This document shows, in pieces, positions 58,307 to 64,000 of a DNA stretch of 64,000 nt. The position numbers were made by a program, and so were the translations under genes. The notes below the pieces were generated by a model. It was not told where the DNA came from and ran no database searches. It was given only the letters and a program-made list of their open reading frames with translations. The first letter of the stretch is position 1. Every line of letters starts with the position of its first letter. Location of the stretch: assembly GCA_017857235.1 (NCBI GenBank), contig JAFMDN010000003.1, positions 2,005 to 66,004 on the forward strand, read 5' to 3'. This stretch comes from Methanobacteriota archaeon (GTDB taxonomy: Archaea; Thermoplasmatota; Thermoplasmata; Thermoplasmatales; GCA-001856825).

Positions 58307-59164
58307 GTGCCAATGGTTTTTAATAATTCAAAAGACCATCACCTTATTGATTCACTCCAAAGTTATGCTAATCTGGAGATCAATTTGGCATCACAAAGAA
58401 GTCCCTCTGAATATTTAAGACCGTTTTCCCTAATTCTTCCTTGTAAAAATGATGCTTACCTATTGGAGAAATTGCTTCATATAATAGAAAATTTAGATAA
58501 TGAATTTTTTTCAAAAAAATTCGAAGTAATAATAATTGACGAATCCACAGATCAAAAAAGTATAGAAATTATAGATAAACTTCCCTTAATTTTCTCTAAT
58601 TTAAATATGAAAATCACTAGAGTGCCGCCGGGTACTGGGCTTCTGACATCAGAATTGATAGGGCTTAAAGCGGCAATGTATCCATGGAAAGTCGTTATGG
58701 ATTGCGATCTCCAGCATTCTCCAAAAGATATCTTTAAATTATTGGAAAAACTTAATTCTCAGGCAGACTTGGTTGTGGGGTCAAGATTCCTGGATGGTAG
58801 TGATTTCCAACTATCCATATTCCGCAGGGTTGTAAGTATATTGGCCAACGCATATGTAAAGATCATTCTTCCCTTTGCTATTTATTTAACAGATACCACT
58901 TCTGGCTTTTTTGCGATTTCCGAAAAAGTTTCCGTTGAAAATGTCCAAATTAAAGGTAGTAAGACTCTACTGTTCATAATTTCTAAAAATCCAGGCCTAA
59001 AAATTGCAGAAGTACCGATCACTTTCAATAGAAGGATTTATGGAAAAAGCAAACTTTTCAATCCTTTATATTTAATGAGATTTCCTTTGGAAATATACGA
59101 ATATAGGAAGTATTATTTGAAATGCAAAAAAGGTGATTCTAAGAAATCCCTTGATAATCCCTGA
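58307..59164 (+). CDS. Polyprenol/dolichol-phosphate sugar synthase (Dpm1-like GT2)
   Basis: IIDESTD, MDCDLQH, VGSRF, DTTSGFFA and EVPITF..R..GKSK motifs. Confidence 0.88.
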   Translation: MPMVFNNSKDHHLIDSLQSYANLEINLASQRSPSEYLRPFSLILPCKNDAYLLEKLLHIIENLDNEFFSKKFEVIIIDESTDQKSIEIIDKLPLIFSNLNMKITRVPPGTGLLTSELIGLKAAMYPWKVVMDCDLQHSPKDIFKLLEKLNSQADLVVGSRFLDGSDFQLSIFRRVVSILANAYVKIILPFAIYLTDTTSGFFAISEKVSVENVQIKGSKTLLFIISKNPGLKIAEVPITFNRRIYGKSKLFNPLYLMRFPLEIYEYRKYYLKCKKGDSKKSLDNP

Positions 59165-59861
59165 TTGCTTGAATGGCAATTTTAGCATCAGATGGAGCCG
59201 CACCGCCGTAATCATTGTTGAAATAAATAAATAATTTTTCAAATCCATCGCGATAACTAAAAAACTCCCTTATATAATCAATTATTTTTTCTCCATATTC
59301 TCCTTTGTATCTCCCATTGGCACCGTGGAGTCTAACATATAATTTTCCATTACTTGGTCTCAATACTCTATTGAGTTTGTCATAGTCTGAGTATACTATA
59401 TTAACCTCGTTACCGATTTCTTCCAATACTTCTGATTTTAGCCAGGAATTGTCCCTGAATTCTATAGATATTTTATCTATATCTCGAATATTTGATATTT
59501 CCAAAAGATTTTCCTTAGAATATTTAAAGCTCGGCGGGAACTGTAATAGATAAAACTCTATCCTATCGTCTATTAATTCAAAATTCGATATGAAGTTTAG
59601 CAATTTTTCTCTACTGAATTTTCCAGAATGTGTTACCTCTCTATTAACTTTTATTGAAAATACAAAATCACTACCTACGTTTCTAATCCAATTCTTAATT
59701 GTCGTTTGTTTAGGGATTCTATAAAATGTGCTATTAATTTCAACAGTGTTAAAATGCGAAGAATAGAATTTTAAGTATTCTCCCGATGTCATTTTATTTG
59801 GATAAAATTTACCTATCCAATGGAAATAGAACCAACCGGAGGTCCCTATATAAACCTTCAT
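59139..59861 (-). CDS. DUF72 (YecE-like) family protein
   Basis: IGTSGW, VEINSTFY, QFPPSF, EFR, YVRLHG and YFNND motifs. Confidence 0.92.
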   Translation of the reverse strand: MKVYIGTSGWFYFHWIGKFYPNKMTSGEYLKFYSSHFNTVEINSTFYRIPKQTTIKNWIRNVGSDFVFSIKVNREVTHSGKFSREKLLNFISNFELIDDRIEFYLLQFPPSFKYSKENLLEISNIRDIDKISIEFRDNSWLKSEVLEEIGNEVNIVYSDYDKLNRVLRPSNGKLYVRLHGANGRYKGEYGEKIIDYIREFFSYRDGFEKLFIYFNNDYGGAAPSDAKIAIQAIRDYQGIS

Positions 59862-59998
59862 CCAATAATTTATATTTTGAGGAAATATTTATTCCATTCG
59901 TATGAGTAAAGGAAGAATTTATTGGATATTCTTTAAGACTTTATACCCGCCATATGTTAAAAATTAAATATTAGTTAGTCATATTTTCCTGATTCAAT

Positions 59999-60253
59999 AT
60001 GGAAACCGATGTTACAAATTTAATTGGCCTTGAAATCTATACTGACAAAGGATATAAACTAGGTGTAGTGGATGATGTGATGCTTGATACAGAATCACAA
60101 TCAATATATGGTCTTTATGTTGAAAGAACTAACGAAGGATTGGTTGAGGATGGAGTGGCCGTACTCGTACCCTACAGATGGGTAAGGGCAGTGGGTGATG
60201 TAATACTCTTAAAAAGGTTCCCAGCATTTGTATCTGTTTCAACCTCTGAGTAA
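59999..60253 (+). CDS. PRC-barrel domain protein (CdpB-like)
   Basis: GLEIYT..G..LG.VDD...VPYRWV.AVGDV pattern. Confidence 0.88.
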   Translation: METDVTNLIGLEIYTDKGYKLGVVDDVMLDTESQSIYGLYVERTNEGLVEDGVAVLVPYRWVRAVGDVILLKRFPAFVSVSTSE

Positions 60254-60254
60254 A

Positions 60255-61910
60255 TTAGGGATGGGTATAATACCCTAATTTTTCATTTATTAAATTTGCG
60301 TATCCATACCTTTCTAATTGATTTACTTTACCCAAATAATTTAATGCGTTTTTTTCAAGGATTCCTTTGTCGGTAGCCCCATCAGGTTTAATGATCTGAT
60401 AATCAACAAAATCGCTTTGGATCCAGTGAATAATAGGTATTCCTTGCTTAATCTTTGAAAGGTCGTTGTCAATAAATTTAAGTTTGTCCCTTTCGAGCTT
60501 AAAGTTACCGAGATCTTTAAGTCTAACTTCCTGCCCCATGAATTTATTGTAGTCATCTTGCGCTATGAAGATTTCACCTTTTTTGATTTCATATTCTCTG
60601 AATAAACCGTTTTCTTTCTTTGGAAAAATAGGCATTTTTACTTTAACAACCTCATCTAATAATAATTCTAATCTAATAGGATTAACGACGAAGAAGTGCC
60701 TTGGTGATTCTGAGTCTATAATATGTTTGTTAAAGGCATATAAATTCTCCCATGAGAATTTTATGTCTACGTCTCCTATACCTGTTTCAACCCAATACCT
60801 TCTTATTGCTCTTGGGTTGATTCCCCTCATCTTCATTGCAAGCAATGTGCCAAGTCGCGGGTCATCCCAGCCAGTGAAATCCCCATTGGCAATACCTTTC
60901 TTGATTATTGATGTCTTCAAGATAGAATTTTCTATTGAAACTTTACCGTAGTGAAGATAAAATGGTAAAGGCCATCTAAAATAGTTAAAAATATACTTCT
61001 GCTTTTCCGTGTTAGCCAGATGATCTTTACCCCTAATCACATGAGTCAAACCTAAAAAATGATCGTCTACAGCAACTGAGAAGTTCATCATTGGATAGAC
61101 TCTATATTTCTTCCCCTTCAATGGGTGCGGAATTTCAATGATTCTGAACGCTATGAAGTCCCTTATGGCAGGATTTGGGTGAGTTAAATCTGTTTTAATT
61201 ACAGCATATGCCTCTCCCTTCTTAAAATCTCCATTTAGCATCTTTTCCCATCTTCTTAAATTTGCTTCTGATGAATCATTTCTCTCATCAATTGGGATGG
61301 ATTGTTGTCTTTTAGCTTTAAAAACCTCAGTTGGTGTGGTTGCAACATATGCTTTCTCCATCGAAATCAGTTTTTCCATGGTGTCGTAATACAGTTCAAA
61401 CCGGTCTGATTGAATTACAACTTCGTGGTAATCAACTTCCAACCATTTTAGGTCATCTTCTATCATTTTATATGCTTCAGGCATTATATTTGCAGGATTT
61501 GTATCTTCAATTCTTAAAATTAATTTTCCTTTATATCTCTTCACATATTCATCATTTAATATAGCCATTCTTGCATGACCTATATGGAGTGGACCTGAAG
61601 GCGAAGGAGCAAGCCTCATTACTACCTTACCGATTTCTACATTTGGAAGGTCGGGGAGTTTTTTATCTTCTACCACCTTCTTCTTCTCAAGCCATTCAGG
61701 GAAAACACTCTGCACAATTTTCAATTGCTCATCCTTGCTTAGTTTATTTATCTCCTCTACTGCACCCTTTATTAATGGCATTAATTCTGATAAACTTGCC
61801 TTCTTATCGGGAAATAATCCTAAAAACCTTGAAACTACTGCTTTTAATTCTGCTTTCCCTTCATGTTCATATGCGTTATATGCCGCTATTGCCCTTATTT
61901 TTTCCATCAT
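60255..61910 (-). CDS. gltX: Glutamate--tRNA ligase (archaeal type)
   Basis: RLAPSPSGPLHIGH, EDTNP, THVIRGKDH and GWDDPRL motifs. Confidence 0.96.
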   Translation of the reverse strand: MMEKIRAIAAYNAYEHEGKAELKAVVSRFLGLFPDKKASLSELMPLIKGAVEEINKLSKDEQLKIVQSVFPEWLEKKKVVEDKKLPDLPNVEIGKVVMRLAPSPSGPLHIGHARMAILNDEYVKRYKGKLILRIEDTNPANIMPEAYKMIEDDLKWLEVDYHEVVIQSDRFELYYDTMEKLISMEKAYVATTPTEVFKAKRQQSIPIDERNDSSEANLRRWEKMLNGDFKKGEAYAVIKTDLTHPNPAIRDFIAFRIIEIPHPLKGKKYRVYPMMNFSVAVDDHFLGLTHVIRGKDHLANTEKQKYIFNYFRWPLPFYLHYGKVSIENSILKTSIIKKGIANGDFTGWDDPRLGTLLAMKMRGINPRAIRRYWVETGIGDVDIKFSWENLYAFNKHIIDSESPRHFFVVNPIRLELLLDEVVKVKMPIFPKKENGLFREYEIKKGEIFIAQDDYNKFMGQEVRLKDLGNFKLERDKLKFIDNDLSKIKQGIPIIHWIQSDFVDYQIIKPDGATDKGILEKNALNYLGKVNQLERYGYANLINEKLGYYTHP

Positions 61911-62850
61911 TTATTTCATCACCTACCAATTTTACCAATTGATCGATTCCTTCTCCAGTTAGAGCTGAAATTTTAAGTCTGTGGTTATCTCTCTTAAGTA
62001 TATCTGATTTATTTTCCACCTCTATGACTTTTTTGCCAATACCCTTTATTTCTGTAAGTAATTTCTCTTGTTCTTCAACCGGATACCCACATGTCTCCGT
62101 TGGGTCTATAACGAAAATAACCAAATTTGCAACTTTCTCTATAGCAATTAAAGCTTTTTTTTCTATCACATTTCTTTTTTTCCTGTTAAGTATTCCAGGG
62201 ACATCTAAAACCTGTATCTTGCCAAATTCAGATTCAAGAATTCCAAGATTAATTCTCTTGGTGGTGAAAGGATAACTTGCTATTTCAGGCTTGAGATTTG
62301 TAATTCTAGAAATTAACATTGATTTTCCCACATTTGGAAAACCAGCAATTACGACTACTGGTAATTTTTCATCTATATAAGGAATTTCTCTTAATTTTAG
62401 CCTTATCTCCCGTAGGCTATCCAAATATTCTTCCAGATCTTCAATGTAAGAAGAGAACCTTCCATAAAATGACTTTCTAAGAGAATCTACCTTATCAACT
62501 TCATTTGCTGATTTGATCTTTCTTATATATTCTGTCGCTAGTTCTGATATTTTAACCATGGTCCATTTCAATCTTCTTAATGTTCTCTCATAACTTTCAA
62601 AATCAAACAGTAGGTAAGCCAAGTTCCTTTCGAATCCTGTTAAATCAGTGTTTTGAGGGTAGCCTTGAACTATCCTCTTAAGGGTTGCTCTTGCTACAGC
62701 TTCTATAACCTGAATTTTCTGTATGGACTTTATTTTGTCTTTTTCTAGGTAATCTTTCTTATAAAAATCCTGTATTCTATTACTCTGTCTGAAAGCTCTA
62801 TCTATGATCTCTTGTGATCGTGGGATGGTTGGCAGTCTTGAAGGTATCAT
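61876..62850 (-). CDS. NOG1-family GTPase
   Basis: GFPNVGKS, YPFTT, DVPG, DPTETCGY and NKSD motifs. Confidence 0.92.
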   Translation of the reverse strand: MIPSRLPTIPRSQEIIDRAFRQSNRIQDFYKKDYLEKDKIKSIQKIQVIEAVARATLKRIVQGYPQNTDLTGFERNLAYLLFDFESYERTLRRLKWTMVKISELATEYIRKIKSANEVDKVDSLRKSFYGRFSSYIEDLEEYLDSLREIRLKLREIPYIDEKLPVVVIAGFPNVGKSMLISRITNLKPEIASYPFTTKRINLGILESEFGKIQVLDVPGILNRKKRNVIEKKALIAIEKVANLVIFVIDPTETCGYPVEEQEKLLTEIKGIGKKVIEVENKSDILKRDNHRLKISALTGEGIDQLVKLVGDEINDGKNKGNSGI

Positions 62851-63998
62851 AATATTCCACCCGTAATATCTATTTCACCTATTGCAAGTGGCATTTTAAG
62901 ACCTATTTGTTTCAAAATTTTTGGATGAACTTCACCAAAGAATCCTACCTGTTTTCCCTTAATAAGTATTTTTGCAGCCCGTCCATCAATAAATAATTCG
63001 TGCTCAAATTTATCCATTTCATATTCCAATCCTAAATCTTCCAGCAATCCTATAAAGATACCTTTTATTTCGGAAAATGATGCTTGACGGTGACAACTTG
63101 CTATACCTAAGCTTTCGTATTGTATTCCATTCCTTAAAACTGTACCAATTTCAAATATTCTTTGTGGATATGGGTTTCTTGTATTATTTAGAAGTGATTG
63201 AATTAGCGATATGGAAATCCTTGGCCTTATAACATCTTGCTCAAGTGTCACAGGGTTTAATATCTTTATATATTCGTTGGAAAAACCGAAAATTCTGTTG
63301 TAAGACCCGTTTATTAACGCAAAATTTGAAGTTTCCACATAACCATATCCAACCATAAGTTCTCTTAGTTTATATTGTATATCCCTTAATTCGTGCCCCT
63401 TTCCGATTGTCGTGAAATCTTCTTTTGATTCCTTTAAATTTTCATATCCGTACCCTTTTAAAACATCTTCTATAAAGTCTATCTCCCCAAAAATATCTAT
63501 TCTATACTCGGGAGCATAAGCGATTTTATTTTTAACCTCATAACCCATTTTTAACAAGGATCTTTCAATTTCTTCATAGGGTATTTCCATACCACTTATC
63601 TCTTTTACCTTCTTTTCATCTATTTTCCAACTTTCTTTAGTTAAAATAGGATATTTGATGCCAGAAACATTAACTTCATAAACTTCACCAGTAGGGTATG
63701 ATAATGAGCCTATTAAGAGGTTTAATACCTTTTGAACTGTAGACAAGTCAGTTCCTGTCACATCTATGAAGAAATCTTTCACCCCATCTTTCAATGCTGT
63801 TATGTTTGAGTTCAAAATTGGTGGAAGTGATATAATATTACCTTCTATATCCAGAATTGCTGTAATATTCTCTCCTACTAGATTTCCATATTCTTTAGCC
63901 TTATCATTCGTCTGCATGAATTCTTTAAGACTAATTGCTTGAGTTTCGCCTAAAGGTGTGAATTCGTAATTTCTTGGTACTTCAGTGTAAGTAAGCGG
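62847..63998 (-). CDS. pheT: Phenylalanine--tRNA ligase beta subunit, 5'-truncated by the window edge
   Basis: SLPPILNS, IDVTGT, P.YR.DI...D..ED, NP, IFEIG and GEVHP motifs. The frame stays open upstream of 63917 to the window end. Confidence 0.93.
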   Translation of the reverse strand, partial: PLTYTEVPRNYEFTPLGETQAISLKEFMQTNDKAKEYGNLVGENITAILDIEGNIISLPPILNSNITALKDGVKDFFIDVTGTDLSTVQKVLNLLIGSLSYPTGEVYEVNVSGIKYPILTKESWKIDEKKVKEISGMEIPYEEIERSLLKMGYEVKNKIAYAPEYRIDIFGEIDFIEDVLKGYGYENLKESKEDFTTIGKGHELRDIQYKLRELMVGYGYVETSNFALINGSYNRIFGFSNEYIKILNPVTLEQDVIRPRISISLIQSLLNNTRNPYPQRIFEIGTVLRNGIQYESLGIASCHRQASFSEIKGIFIGLLEDLGLEYEMDKFEHELFIDGRAAKILIKGKQVGFFGEVHPKILKQIGLKMPLAIGEIDITGGIL

Positions 63999-64000
63999 GA

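Noticed and set aside
58141..58323. 60 aa ORF upstream of the Dpm1-like gene
   Set aside because: It lies in the AT-rich divergent promoter gap, has a TTG start and shows no recognisable features
2861..62275. Dozens of 60-140 aa ORFs antisense to or nested within long genes (for example 2861-3283, 8616-9041, 40560-40862, 60565-60951, 61571-61942)
   Set aside because: They are shadow frames of well-supported genes, Ile/Ser/Pro-rich, with no motifs
1..64000. CRISPR arrays, rRNA genes, inteins, tRNA introns and C/D box sRNAs
   Set aside because: No regularly spaced repeats or GC-rich structural RNA beyond the two tRNAs; the intergenic TGATGA motifs (about 18644 and 24368) lack a matching CTGA D box

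Overview
AT-rich archaeal chromosome segment, most consistent with Thermoplasmata (thermopsin, K-E-C-F-A-B-D-H-I A/V-ATPase operon, giant AglB, many apparently leaderless genes). Roughly 1-45.5 kb and 59-64 kb are mostly housekeeping or core metabolism: purC, pdxS, NAD kinase, POR/IOR, leuS, endA, nob1, nth, aglB, ATP synthase, gltX, pheT and two tRNAs. A roughly 14 kb accessory-looking block follows tRNA-Gly(CCC). It holds (i) a six-gene, translationally coupled operon in which the homogentisate pathway (hppD-fah-hmgA) lacks the maleylacetoacetate isomerase and is instead flanked by a heme-oxygenase-like diiron (HDO/CADD/PqqC-fold) enzyme, a maleylacetate-reductase-like Fe-ADH and a SAM methyltransferase, and (ii) a glycan/lipid modification cluster of three methyltransferases, a GT-C, two GT2s and a pol-beta-type nucleotidyltransferase. 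Operon (i) is my best candidate for an undescribed system. No CRISPR array, rRNA, transposase or integrase was seen. All assignments are by-eye motif recognition without database searches.
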